From contig OZ244587.1 of NCBI GenBank assembly GCA_965218095.1, forward strand, positions 2,240,001-2,304,000: a stretch of DNA of 64,000 bases. The letters run 5' to 3'. This DNA is from Candidatus Poribacteria bacterium. Lineage in GTDB: Bacteria > Poribacteria > WGA-4E > PCPOR2b. Within the stretch, counting starts at the first letter, position 1. The number at the start of each line of letters is the position of its first letter. Made by a program: the position numbers and the translations under genes. Below, piece by piece: positions 30,567 through 41,003 of the stretch. The notes under the pieces were generated by a model. The model ran no database searches and was not told the origin of the DNA. It saw only the letters and a list, made by a program, of their open reading frames with translations.

Positions 30567-32021
30567 TCAATCTTCTCGCAGGTGTTGGACCAGATCGTTC
30601 CGTGTCACCGGTTGGTCAAGGTACATCAAATAGATATGGAAAAGATCGCTGCGATCGGAAACAAACACTAGCTTTGTCCCATCTGGCGAAAAAGCAGGTT
30701 GTATAGAGGCCCCGATCCCGTTGGTAATGCGTCGCTCATTTGACCCATCTGCGTCCATCATGTAGATTTCGATGTCGCCATCTCGGGCGGATACAAACGC
30801 GATTGTTTTCCCGTCGGGCGAAACCACGGGGCTGTGGCAGTCATAGGGATTGGGATTCAGATGTCGTTTATCGCTTCCATCAATGTTAATGGTAAAGATC
30901 TGACGCACCTCATTTCTGCGGCTTGCGGGCTCTTTCGACCACGACGACACGAACGCAATCCGTTTCCCATCAGGGAAGAAAGCCGGGCTACCGTCATCCA
31001 CTTCGTTGTGGGTGATGCGTTTGGGTTCAATTGTACTTAGATCTATGTTTTCCAGGTCGATGTCGCTCAGATCGAGCATGTACAACTCCAAATTTCCTGC
31101 GCTGTTGGCTTCATAAACGACGCGCTGCCGATCTGGTGATACACGCGGCGCACGCACACCAAACCCGACAGGCAAGAGCTCCTGCGTCACTTTGCTATAA
31201 ATATGGGTCGCATAAAAGCCTGTGTAGATCGGTGTGGATCCGCTGCTCTGGAGGATGAGTTGGGGTTCACGGGAAGTTCTCGGTTCACGACTATAAATCA
31301 GATAAAGCGGATCGATGAGAAATGACGGGGTGCCTTCATTAAAGTCTGCCGTGAACGTTACCCGTCGGCGAATCCGTCCGTTCAGATCCATCAGATAGAT
31401 CTCACCATTATCCAGTCGAAACGACGAAAAGGCAATCTGCGAACCATCAGGCGAGAAGACGGGTGAATAGTTATCTTTCTTCCCTTTCGTGAGTTGTACG
31501 ACCTTATACGCATCGCTGACCAGCCCAGCGATCTCCTGCAACATCGCATTGTCTGATGTGGATCGAATAATCACCCGCAGTTCATTGAATCCCTCTTTCC
31601 AATTGCCCAGCTTCAGATAGATTTTCGCCAGATTGAGCCGCGCCATCGCCCGGTCTTCGGGTTGAGCGGCATAAAGATTAATCGCTTTTTTCAACTGGTT
31701 AATTGCTTCATCGTAGCTCCCCAATGCCTCATAAGCCTGCCCAAGCATAACCCGCGCTCTGGGATTTCGCTCATCTGTCGCAATGAGCTCCTCTAGCAGG
31801 TTGATCGCTTCGGGATGCATGCCTGAACGGATCAGTTCTTCGCTGTGCTGGAGGGATTTGTCTTTTTCACTGCAACCGATGGCGAACACGACTAGTGTGA
31901 ACAGCAGAGTAAGACGTGGGATGTGAAGCCCCGATAGATCGGGGCAGAGCCTGGGCTCGCGTAGCGGACTCCGATTCTCGGACTCTCGGAACGGAGCTGT
32001 GAAATGTGAAACGTCATACAT
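30567..32021 (-). CDS. Lipoprotein with TPR repeats and a TolB-like PD40 beta-propeller
   Basis: Lipobox FAIG-C, TPR units and repeated P.FSPDG..IAF.S motifs. The start codon is uncertain. Confidence 0.85.
   Translation of the reverse strand: MYDVSHFTAPFRESENRSPLREPRLCPDLSGLHIPRLTLLFTLVVFAIGCSEKDKSLQHSEELIRSGMHPEAINLLEELIATDERNPRARVMLGQAYEALGSYDEAINQLKKAINLYAAQPEDRAMARLNLAKIYLKLGNWKEGFNELRVIIRSTSDNAMLQEIAGLVSDAYKVVQLTKGKKDNYSPVFSPDGSQIAFSSFRLDNGEIYLMDLNGRIRRRVTFTADFNEGTPSFLIDPLYLIYSREPRTSREPQLILQSSGSTPIYTGFYATHIYSKVTQELLPVGFGVRAPRVSPDRQRVVYEANSAGNLELYMLDLSDIDLENIDLSTIEPKRITHNEVDDGSPAFFPDGKRIAFVSSWSKEPASRRNEVRQIFTINIDGSDKRHLNPNPYDCHSPVVSPDGKTIAFVSARDGDIEIYMMDADGSNERRITNGIGASIQPAFSPDGTKLVFVSDRSDLFHIYLMYLDQPVTRNDLVQHLRED
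31931..31999. repeat. ~69-bp dispersed repeat, copy B
   Basis: Direct copy of 30367-30434 within the 5' region of the TPR/PD40 ORF. Confidence 0.85.
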
Positions 32022-32126
32022 GGTGTGTGCGTAAAACGTAAAACCTAAAATCCCACCCCCTCTATTCTTCCATTCTTCCATTCTTTCCTCCCTCCAGATT
32101 CCTTTTTTTGATCCCAAAGATTAATA

Positions 32127-32227
32127 GGTCCGCTTTTTAAATTCGTATAGGGTTTAACAACCCAGGCCTGACAGGTTTCAAAAACCTTTCAGGCCTACCG
32201 ACCCTATACGAAGTTAAGAAATGAACC
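32127..32227. mobile_element. MITE-like element enclosing a REP palindrome
   Basis: Imperfect 26-bp IRs ggtccgctttttaaattcgtataggg / ccctatacgaagttaagaaatgaacc around aggcctgacaggttt..aaacctttcaggcct. Confidence 0.65.
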
Positions 32228-32285
32228 AAAACTGGTTCGTTGATTCTCTTACATCTCATCCGGCGGCAGCGGGATGAGCGCGGAT

Positions 32286-33344
32286 TCAGTGGCATTCAAA
32301 CGAGTCTTCGTTTTCATTTGTGCCGACAAGGTTCGAACCTCTTCCAATATAGATCTTGTTTCCTCTCCTGCCTGATGCCATCCGTAGACGAAATTCCTTG
32401 GGGTGAATGATAGTCGGCAGCAGTTCAGCGGACGAAATGCCGTTCCCCTTGGCGAAATTACAACGCAGAATCAAACCGCACCGGGTGCGTGTGCTCTTCT
32501 GATCAAAAATGAAATTTCCCAGACTGTGGCAGATTAGCTTACCCTGATAGCGTTCCACGCCCTGAACCACATGGGGATGGTGGCCAACCACAAGATCTGT
32601 CCCCGCGTCGATTGCTAGATACGCCGTTTTCCGATCTTCCTCCGTCGGATGGTCTGCATATTCCCATCCCCAATGAAAGGACACGATAACGACATCTGCC
32701 CACGCCTTTGCATTCTTGATGTCCTGCGTTATGTTCTCACGCTGAATGACGGCAACACCAAGCTTTTCCGTTGTCGCTTCCACTGTCAGATAGAAATCCC
32801 ACAGGTGCGCCAGGATGGAGCTCTTCACACCGTTGCAGATAAAATTTGCACTTCTTCGCGCCGCCGCGTCATTCATTCCCGCCCCGATATAGGCAATCCC
32901 ATGATGCGCGAGGAAGTCCATTGTGTCAAAGAGCGCATTAGAGCCATAGTCCAGCGCGTGGTTGTTCGATAATGAAACCACATCAACCCCTGCATACATC
33001 AGCCTATAAACAGATTTCGGGTCAGCCCGAAAGTGGATTTCTTTATTTTTCACTGGTTCGCCGAGTGTCGAAATCTGCGCTTCCAGGTTTGCGAATGTCA
33101 CATCTACACGCCGCAGGATTTCCACTGTGGGCTCAAATGGAAAGGTTGAGCCATGCTTACAAATCTGCGTCCCAACACCTCGGCTCAACATGATATCACC
33201 GACGGCGACAAAGGTAAATTCCTGTGCTTGGGTATACGCATGCCAAAACCAAAGGGACAGTACTAGAGTTAAACAAGTAAGAAATTTTCTCAAGGGCTGC
33301 ATCGAGAGATAACACAAATGAATCGGTTGATTTTCAGATGACAC
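32286..33344 (-). CDS. CapA (PGA_cap) metallophosphatase family protein with a frameshifted C-terminus
   Basis: VGDIMLSR, ANLE, NNHALDYG, HWGWEY, GHHPHV, SLGNFIF. A 4-bp duplication lies at 32367-32374. Confidence 0.85.
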   Translation of the reverse strand: MSSENQPIHLCYLSMQPLRKFLTCLTLVLSLWFWHAYTQAQEFTFVAVGDIMLSRGVGTQICKHGSTFPFEPTVEILRRVDVTFANLEAQISTLGEPVKNKEIHFRADPKSVYRLMYAGVDVVSLSNNHALDYGSNALFDTMDFLAHHGIAYIGAGMNDAAARRSANFICNGVKSSILAHLWDFYLTVEATTEKLGVAVIQRENITQDIKNAKAWADVVIVSFHWGWEYADHPTEEDRKTAYLAIDAGTDLVVGHHPHVVQGVERYQGKLICHSLGNFIFDQKSTRTRCGLILRCNFAKGNGISSAELLPTIIHPKEFRLRMASGRRGNKIYIGRGSNLVGTNENEDSFECH

Positions 33345-33569
33345 GACCTATAAGTATCTCATAACTCACCGCTTGCGTCAAGTGCAAAAAAGTTCACTTT
33401 ACACGATGTGCGGATTCGTGCTAAAATGGCAGGTAAAATTCTTCCCACCATCTTTTACGCCATGCTTCAGGAATGCGATGGAAGCCTTCAAGCATCTTAT
33501 TTTTCCCTTGAGGATCTGTGCCCATATCAGAACAGCCAGCAGCCCACAGGCGGAAGTCAACCCTGGCAG

Positions 33570-34370
33570 TCATCGCTGAATCTCCGCATCTTTCATTTCG
33601 CCGGCGTTGACTCCCAGGCCCCTCCGATACGCCTCCAATGATATCAGGTCAGAAGGCGCAACGTTGCCCAGGTTGACCTCCGGGCCATATCGGTCAATGA
33701 GATGGCGACGGATGTGATGGATGTCATGCGGGCTCACACCGGCGATCCACGGACCGGGTAACTCGAACATGACTTTCTCCAGTCCGACCATTTCCACAAC
33801 CTCCTTGACCGACCGCGATGTCTGAACATCATCGCTAACCAACTCAGCAGCCTCCAGAAGTATAATCTCCGCGCCGGCGTCGAGACATGCCCGTGCATCG
33901 TCGACGAAAGGAATCACGCTGTCAAGCCCTTCCTTCTTGCCGACCTCGCCCAAGACGTGTAAACCGTGCACTTCAGTCGCTTGACGAATCATCCGCTGCT
34001 TCCACTCAAGCGAAACTGAGCCCAGGTTATCCGACACCTCAACCCAACGATAGCCTGCCCGGGCGGCGGCAGGGAAGTAGAGATCCGATTTTCCATGCAC
34101 CTCTGCGTATTCCAAGAACATGCCACCGGCGAATGGCTCAATCTGATGTTCCTGATATGTTCTCAATTTCGTCTCCAGCAGGTCATTTGACAGCAGCCGG
34201 GAGATGCCGACAGCGATCTTTGCGAAGTCGAAGTAAGCCGCAGCGGTTGCGATCAGGTCGTCCTGTTCATGCAGCCCAATGCCCCAATCAATCACCATCG
34301 TCAGTCCACAATCTCTCGGCTTCGACAGCCGGTCTAACCCGTCGATCCCTTCAAAGAAATGCGCGTTCAT
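33570..34370 (-). CDS. comA: Phosphosulfolactate synthase
   Basis: KPRDCGLTMVID.G, EVSD, EVGKK, NLGNV, LEAYRRGL. Confidence 0.88.
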   Translation of the reverse strand: MNAHFFEGIDGLDRLSKPRDCGLTMVIDWGIGLHEQDDLIATAAAYFDFAKIAVGISRLLSNDLLETKLRTYQEHQIEPFAGGMFLEYAEVHGKSDLYFPAAARAGYRWVEVSDNLGSVSLEWKQRMIRQATEVHGLHVLGEVGKKEGLDSVIPFVDDARACLDAGAEIILLEAAELVSDDVQTSRSVKEVVEMVGLEKVMFELPGPWIAGVSPHDIHHIRRHLIDRYGPEVNLGNVAPSDLISLEAYRRGLGVNAGEMKDAEIQR

Positions 34371-34531
34371 CTAATCTGCACCTCCACGAATCCTTATTAA
34401 AAATTGACGATTGAATACTGAATTTTAATTCAACTGGTGTCCAGATTATTCTCAGAAATAAATGTTGAAGTTAGCTACCGCTTCCAAAATGTCATTGTAC
34501 CAATCTTTCGTTGTGTCGTCAACGCTAAATT

Positions 34532-34650
34532 TTAAGTAATTTTCAAAAAGAAAGTAATGTTTTGTAGTGAGGCGATTCATCGCCGTCCCAAACGTGCAAT
34601 AAATTGTGCTACTACAAACGGAATGTATAGTTTAATCCTGAAAATTACTT
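34532..34650. mobile_element. MITE-like element whose right end was the IS target
   Basis: ttaagtaattttca ... tgaaaattactt|IS|aa gives a perfect 14-bp IR once the IS is removed. Has an internal tgtagt..actaca REP-like core. Confidence 0.6.
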
Positions 34651-35759
34651 GAGGGGTGTGCATAGTAGTTCATTGGAAAACAGCCGCCATATGAGAGATA
34701 TTGCGAGCAGGTAACTTCCATATGGCATTGGCAATCATAGCCACTTGCACTGATAACACCCCGATAGCTAAACAACAGCGTACATTGAAAAACCCCTTGA
34801 CCGGTAACTGCTTCTGTTGAGGAGTGGTGCCTATCACTTTAGCAATCAAGTCAAACAACGGTTCAACCGAACTGCGACGTTTGCTTAAACAGAGACGCTG
34901 CTTGGGTTGGTTGATAAATCGATGATACGCCTTGGCAAACCGTCCCTTTGTCCATCTAAGTGCCGGGGTAATCAAAGCGACTTGTGCCTTCGCCCAACGA
35001 CGGATACGGTCTGCTTGGGTATAGGCATCATCGGCAGTGAGTGTCTGCGGTGAAAGTTGTGTCAGAATCTCAGACGCTTTAGCATCTATCGCCCAACTTT
35101 CGGAGACCGACGCACGGTGCACAGTTATCAGTGTTGGGAACGCACCTTGTGTGCAGATAATGTGAAGTCCGTAGCCATAGACCCAGCCATGATAACCACT
35201 CTTGCTCCACGTGGCATCGGTGTCGAGGTTGCGTAGATGTTTAGGTGCTTTTCCTGCTTTGCGGTCAGTTTGATGCCAGACGGGTCCTCGTGCCTTAAAT
35301 AAACTTTTGTCGGCTACCAGATGAGCCAAGTTGAATTGTTGGGACAAGTCAGTGGCATACTGACCGATAAACAATACAAATGCCTCTATCACTTCATATA
35401 ATGCCTTATAGCGACGTGCAATCGTGGTTCGATGAGGGGGCTGTTGCCACCCCAGCATTTGTAACACTTCTGGGTGATTGATTAGCCACCGCCATTGCGT
35501 TTTGAAGCCATAGATGCCGTGAAACTGCATCAACATGAAGAAAATGATAAACGAGGTGGTTGAATATGTCAATGGTTTTGCGTGTGTGACACCTGGTTTG
35601 TCAATACGGTGTTGCATAAACTGCTCAAAGAGTTGCATAATAAGAGTGACATAATCAGCCAACATTGGTCTTTGTACCATATTGGGGCTCCTTTTGCTAT
35701 GATAACAATAGGAAACCCTTTTGGCTTGATTATGTCAACTATATTTATGCACACCCCTC
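34651..35759 (-). mobile_element. Complete 1109-bp insertion sequence (IS982-like DDE)
   Basis: 14-bp perfect TIR gaggggtgtgcata and 8-bp TSD aattactt (34643-34650 and 35760-35767). Confidence 0.92.
34670..35680 (-). CDS. DDE transposase
   Basis: LVADKS, GWVYGYGLH, TADDAY, RRSSVEPLF. Confidence 0.9.
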   Translation of the reverse strand: MVQRPMLADYVTLIMQLFEQFMQHRIDKPGVTHAKPLTYSTTSFIIFFMLMQFHGIYGFKTQWRWLINHPEVLQMLGWQQPPHRTTIARRYKALYEVIEAFVLFIGQYATDLSQQFNLAHLVADKSLFKARGPVWHQTDRKAGKAPKHLRNLDTDATWSKSGYHGWVYGYGLHIICTQGAFPTLITVHRASVSESWAIDAKASEILTQLSPQTLTADDAYTQADRIRRWAKAQVALITPALRWTKGRFAKAYHRFINQPKQRLCLSKRRSSVEPLFDLIAKVIGTTPQQKQLPVKGFFNVRCCLAIGVLSVQVAMIANAIWKLPARNISHMAAVFQ

Positions 35760-35878
35760 AATTACTTAACCCAATGCTCTTCACAAGAGTGCACTTTTTT
35801 GCTATAATCTTAGCAGTAGAATCGGAATCAAGGACGTGAAATAGGTCATGGAACACACCGCTTAGAAAGGAAATTAAC

Positions 35879-37240
35879 ATGATGGATAAACAGTTTCTCC
35901 TCAATGACGAACAGATGCGGCAGTTTATTGTCAATGGTTATATTACCCTCAAGACCGATCTCCCCACAAGTCGTCACGCAGAGATCTTCCAGCAGACCGA
36001 AACCGTATTTGAAAAGGAGGGCAATCCGGGGAATAACCTGGTGCCGCGAATTCCCGCGATTCAAGAAATCCTCGACCATCTGATTGTCGATGGTGCGCTG
36101 ACTAGCCTTGTGGGGCCGAATTACTACACGCATCCGCACCGTCACTGCCATTACAACCCCCCGGGAAGTAGTGGGCAGAATATGCACAAAGACAGTTGGA
36201 CGCGACGACGCCATCACACCCGTTGGGTGATGGCTTTGTACTATCCGCAGGATACCCCTGAAATTTTGGGGCCGACGGGGATTCTCCCGGGGAGCCAGTG
36301 TTGCAATAGCCACCCTGATAATGGTAAAGCGGAGGTTCCACTCTGTGGAGAAGCAGGAACAGTTGCCATTGTCCATTATGATCTGTGGCATCGGGCAATG
36401 CCAAATCGCAGCGATAAGAAGCGGTATATGATGAAATTCCTCTTTACCCGCATGGAGGAGCCACAGTATCCTTCTTGGAATAGCGATCAGGCGGAGTGGC
36501 AATCTGCCGGTAATGATGAACGTCAGACGATGTGGGAACATCTTTGGGATTGGCATTATGGAAAAAAGAACGGAGGGAACTCTTCGCACAAGGGCTCTGC
36601 GCCTGAGCACATCGAAGCCCTACGAAGCGAATCTGAGTCGGCGTGCCTCAATGCCGCTTATGCGTTAGGTGCGATTGGTGCATCGGCCGTGCCAGCATTA
36701 ATAGACACGCTGCAAGTGGAGTCGGAGTCGGTGCGCCGCAATGCAAGTTATGCGTTGAGCACGATTGGTGAGCCGGCTGTACCAGCGTTGATAGCAGCAT
36801 CAAGCGACAAAAATGGGTGGGTACGCGCAAGTGCGGTTGATACATTGGGGGATATTGGACTCTCCGCTCAACAAGCCATATCTGTGCTAATTAAAGGATT
36901 ACAGGACGAGTCGGAGGAGGTCCGTCGGAATGCGGCTGAAGCATTAGGGATAGTTGGGCAATCGTCTTCTACTGGTGTTCCTGCATTGGTAAGGGCATTG
37001 CACGATGCAGACGAGTGGGTTCGTCGAAATGCGTCGCTTGCATTGGCTCGGATGGGGTCATACGCAAAGGACGCCGTTCCCGTATTGAAAGCAGCATTGA
37101 GAGATGAAAATCAGTATGTTCGCGCCAATGTTGCTCATACGCTTCATCAAATCGGAACACCTGAAACGAAAGAGGTTCTGCTCCGCTTCCTCATGACGTC
37201 ACGGTGGTGCCCATTGACCACACCGGAAAGTACTTATTAG
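35879..37240 (+). CDS. PhyH-family Fe(II)/2OG dioxygenase fused to HEAT/PBS-lyase repeats
   Basis: HKD..LWHR facial triad and repeated VRRNAA.ALG units. Confidence 0.9.
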   Translation: MMDKQFLLNDEQMRQFIVNGYITLKTDLPTSRHAEIFQQTETVFEKEGNPGNNLVPRIPAIQEILDHLIVDGALTSLVGPNYYTHPHRHCHYNPPGSSGQNMHKDSWTRRRHHTRWVMALYYPQDTPEILGPTGILPGSQCCNSHPDNGKAEVPLCGEAGTVAIVHYDLWHRAMPNRSDKKRYMMKFLFTRMEEPQYPSWNSDQAEWQSAGNDERQTMWEHLWDWHYGKKNGGNSSHKGSAPEHIEALRSESESACLNAAYALGAIGASAVPALIDTLQVESESVRRNASYALSTIGEPAVPALIAASSDKNGWVRASAVDTLGDIGLSAQQAISVLIKGLQDESEEVRRNAAEALGIVGQSSSTGVPALVRALHDADEWVRRNASLALARMGSYAKDAVPVLKAALRDENQYVRANVAHTLHQIGTPETKEVLLRFLMTSRWCPLTTPESTY

Positions 37241-37410
37241 CAAACGGAGGGGATGAAGAATGGGTAAATGAGGAATGTCTTCCCCAGTTTATTTACAATA
37301 TTCCCGAAAGTACCTGATCGCTAGGCTTCTTAATGTCTCTACTTCAGCCTAGTAATCATCAATACACACGATAATTAGTTCACTCATTTTCATCCCTATC
37401 AGGAATAGCC

Positions 37411-38700
37411 CTACCCTGCACCGGTATAATAATCCTTTGTTCCCTTCGACGCAACAGCTTCCCCAATGCGGTTGAGGGCATGGACATAAGCAGCGGTTCG
37501 CATCGAGCTCGACTTTTCCTCCGCAATTGCCCAGATCCTTTCGGTCTCTTCAAGTATCCGCTCTTTTAATCGGGCATTTACCTCATCTAATTTCCAATAA
37601 AGCCCCATACGATTTTGCACCCATTCAAAGTAGCTCACCGTGACGCCACCGGCATTGGTCAAGATATCGGGAACGACGAGAGTTCCTTTCCGTTCAAGGA
37701 TTTCATCGGCAGCCGCAGCAGTGGGCCCGTTCGCCACTTCAAAAATCAATTTCGCTTTCACGTCATCCGCATTCGCAGCCGTAATCTGATTTTCTAGCGC
37801 CGCTGGAATCAGCATATCGACATCCAGGGTCAAAAGCTCTTCATTACTAATGACATCGTGTTCGACAATGTTGCAAACGGTTCCTTCACAGTAGACCGCT
37901 TTGAGGTGTCGAGTGGACTCTTTGAAGTGCTTGATACTGGGGATATCCAATCCGTTTTTGGCATAGATTGCGCCTTTGGAATCACTGACGGCAACGATTT
38001 TATAGCCGCCGTTGAATAATAACTCCGCCAGGATTGACCCCGCATTTCCAAATCCCTGAATGGCAACCGTTGTTGATTCCGGAGAACGGTTGACCTTCGG
38101 CATCAAAGCGCCGATGACAGAGAAAGCGCCCATAGCGGTTGCCGTATCTCGCCCTGAACTCCCACCCATGGTTAAGGGTTTTCCTGTGATGACCGCCGGA
38201 CTGATCTGTCGTTTAATGATGCTGTATTCATCCATCATCCAGCCCATAATCATCGGATTGGTATAAACGTCCGGGGCTGGAATATCAACATCGGGCCCGA
38301 TGAAATCGGCAACCGCATCAATATATCCACGACTGAGCCGTTCCAATTCAAATTTCGAGAGGGATTTTGGATCAACGGTAACGCCTCCCTTAGCGCCACC
38401 GAAGGGCAGGTTTAACGCCGCACACTTAAAGGTCATCCAGAAAGCCAACGATTGAACTTCATCAATGGAAACATTGGGGTGGTAGCGGATGCCGCCTTTC
38501 GTAGGTCCCCGCGTATCATCGTAGCGAACACGATAGCCGGGGAAGATTCTTAAATTCCCGTTGTCCATCCGAACCGGGATGGAAAACTTCAAACTCAATT
38601 TCGGTAATTTCAGCCGTTCGATGGCATCCTCCGAAATCTTCGCGTGATTGAGCGCGCTTTGAAGTCGTTGACTTGCATCAGCAAACAATGATTCTGACAT
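37411..38700 (-). CDS. gdhA: Glutamate dehydrogenase
   Basis: GPTKGGIRYHP, PFGGAKGG, DIPAPDV, IQGFGNAG, NAGGVTVSYFEW. Confidence 0.95.
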   Translation of the reverse strand: MSESLFADASQRLQSALNHAKISEDAIERLKLPKLSLKFSIPVRMDNGNLRIFPGYRVRYDDTRGPTKGGIRYHPNVSIDEVQSLAFWMTFKCAALNLPFGGAKGGVTVDPKSLSKFELERLSRGYIDAVADFIGPDVDIPAPDVYTNPMIMGWMMDEYSIIKRQISPAVITGKPLTMGGSSGRDTATAMGAFSVIGALMPKVNRSPESTTVAIQGFGNAGSILAELLFNGGYKIVAVSDSKGAIYAKNGLDIPSIKHFKESTRHLKAVYCEGTVCNIVEHDVISNEELLTLDVDMLIPAALENQITAANADDVKAKLIFEVANGPTAAAADEILERKGTLVVPDILTNAGGVTVSYFEWVQNRMGLYWKLDEVNARLKERILEETERIWAIAEEKSSSMRTAAYVHALNRIGEAVASKGTKDYYTGAG

Positions 38701-38711
38701 TAGTTTTTTCC

Positions 38712-39089
38712 CTATCTACTTCCGCCTTGAGCCAGCGCAAACTCGCCAATATGGTAGCTATGGCAATGCAGACAGTTGGATTTCGCTTTTTTAGCGTTGT
38801 GGCACTTGGCGTAAGCGCGTTTCGCTATTGGCTCATAATTACTTATTGGCTCATCATTACTGACGAACACAGCCGGATCGGGCTTCTCGTAAATTGCTTT
38901 GAGCGCATGGTTATCGAAATCCGTGTCAGGGAAATGACAAGTTAATGCCTCAGGACCACGGTTCGTGAGATTATACACGAGACGCTTGACTCCCCAAACA
39001 ATACGTTCAACGGCCATAAGTTCGTCATCATCGGCGTCCGACAAGTCGAACGCATCCAGATCCAAAAATACCTCACAGGTCTTCAGCAA
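38712..39089 (-). pseudogene. Probable C-terminal remnant of a c3/c7-type multiheme cytochrome
   Basis: Ends YAKCH..SNCLHCHSYH. No signal peptide or clear RBS. Confidence 0.5.
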
Positions 39090-39095
39090 AATTAG

Positions 39096-39665
39096 TCAGG
39101 CTGTCCACCGAGTCACTTCACTCAGGGACTTTCGTTTCGGTGACGGGACCTCGGCAGGGTAGCCGACGTAGAGAAATCCGACGATATATTCCTTTTTCGG
39201 GTCGATCCGAAGTCGGCGATACGTTGCTTCTTCATGCGTGAGGGTGCCTGTGCTCCACTGCATCCCAACGCCTTCCTCCCATGCGGCGAGTTGGATATTC
39301 AGCATCGCACAGCAGGTCGCCGCGTAATCCTCCCGACGGCGTTGTTCATCCCCTTCTTGCACGCAGGATACGGCGACAATCGTCGGCTTGCCCATCAACT
39401 TCTTGAACCCTGCTGCACCGATCTTCTCTCGGTTTTCTTGATCGACATGAGCGGCGGCTTTCTCCATCTGGATTTCTTGATACCGTTTGGCGAGTTCTAA
39501 TTTTGTCTGCTCACCAACCACAGTGAACCGCCACGGTTCGGTGAGGTGATGATTGGGTGCCCAGATACCAAAGCTAAGAACCCTTTCGATGACATCTTTA
39601 GCAACGAAGTCGGGTTTGAACTGGAAAATTGTGCGACGGAATTGAATTGCCTCTGTAACTGTCAC
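39096..39665 (-). CDS. Nitroreductase (YdjA-like)
   Basis: RRTI, WAPNHHLTEPWRF, NIQLAAW..GVG..WST, VGYP; SD aggagg with a GTG start. Confidence 0.92.
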   Translation of the reverse strand: MTVTEAIQFRRTIFQFKPDFVAKDVIERVLSFGIWAPNHHLTEPWRFTVVGEQTKLELAKRYQEIQMEKAAAHVDQENREKIGAAGFKKLMGKPTIVAVSCVQEGDEQRRREDYAATCCAMLNIQLAAWEEGVGMQWSTGTLTHEEATYRRLRIDPKKEYIVGFLYVGYPAEVPSPKRKSLSEVTRWTA

Positions 39666-40021
39666 AATAAACCTCCTGTGGGATTAAAATTTATATTTTC
39701 TTAATACGATGATTTGTAATATTGCTTCTGAAGCTGTACCATTGTTGAATCTCTCAAGGCCTGATTTTGTCCGGGGGATGCAACCCCTTGCAAACCTGTA
39801 GGTAAGCAAAAGACAAATATCATTTTACCAGAATTCAGATAAAAATCAAGCCAAAAATAACTTGACTGTTAAATGAGCAAAAGGAATACAAAGGTTCAAA
39901 GCTAAGTGTCCTTGCGTCTTTGTATCCTGCATCTCTCTTCACGTCATGAACGCCTCTTTGGCACTGTGCAGATTTTCTACTATGAGAAGATCTCGTTTGA
40001 TTGCACACTATCTATTGACCC

Positions 40022-40843
40022 TCAATCTCCCCAGCGATCCAGCCCCAACAACTTTCGCCCCAACGGGGTCAATTCTGCGGTCTGACCGCTTTCATGTTCC
40101 TTCTCTTTTCGCTCGCCGCCAAATCCTGCCATACGATTCCGCCATCCATTGATCCGCCGGTTACGTCCTTCTTCGTTGTCTTCTCCCGATGGCGACATGG
40201 TGATGTATTGTGCCACCCGCGGACGATCTGCCGTGTTCGAGCCAGCACCGTGGGGTAGGGCGCTGTTCCAGATGATCAGGTCGCCAGCCTTTCCCACGAC
40301 AGGTTGGGGACCGAGACTTTCCAGATCTTGCTTCCGCGGGTCAGCACCCGATGGCAGGCTCCGAATCCATGCCTCAATCTGCCAGTGGAATCCCGGCACA
40401 CAGGTGAATGCGCCCTGGTTCGCTGCTGTGTCAGTCAGATACAGCACGCCCTGCACATGAAAGCGAATCGGCAGATCTATCGACATATCCCAATGCAGAC
40501 TTGCGCTGTTGCGTTCCCATTTCGGAGGGCGATTGGGCGGACTCATGCTGGCGCGGTCGAAGCTGCCCCAAAGTTCCTCTGTGCTCCAGATCTCGGAAAA
40601 GGCCTGGTGAACACGGGGATATTGGCGATTATCCCACAATGCTTGATGTTGATAGATCTCCACCATAATGCTGCGCCTTGGCGGATCAGGATACCAACTC
40701 CTTGGGTTGTCCGCATCCATTCCGAGAAACTCCCAGACAGCCTGCTGAGCCGCTTTCACATTTTCTGGGGGAACAGCGTTGTGAATGACGACATAACCAC
40801 TTTCTTCCCAAAAAGCTAGATCTTCTGCACTTAAAACCGGCAT
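40022..40843 (-). CDS. PhyH-family dioxygenase
   Basis: LHWD, QGVLYLTD, GDLIIWNSALPHG. Confidence 0.9.
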   Translation of the reverse strand: MPVLSAEDLAFWEESGYVVIHNAVPPENVKAAQQAVWEFLGMDADNPRSWYPDPPRRSIMVEIYQHQALWDNRQYPRVHQAFSEIWSTEELWGSFDRASMSPPNRPPKWERNSASLHWDMSIDLPIRFHVQGVLYLTDTAANQGAFTCVPGFHWQIEAWIRSLPSGADPRKQDLESLGPQPVVGKAGDLIIWNSALPHGAGSNTADRPRVAQYITMSPSGEDNEEGRNRRINGWRNRMAGFGGERKEKEHESGQTAELTPLGRKLLGLDRWGD

Positions 40844-41003
40844 GTTTTTCTCCTTAACAGTAATCAATTCTTCCTTGGTTAATAATCCGCCTCCGTGAAA
40901 CATGCTGCCAAGGCTTCATTAGACATAAGTCCATATAGGGTGAAAATAAACGAATCTTTTTTCGCTAACGACGCAAATATCGAGCAGATCGCAACCGCCT
41001 TCT

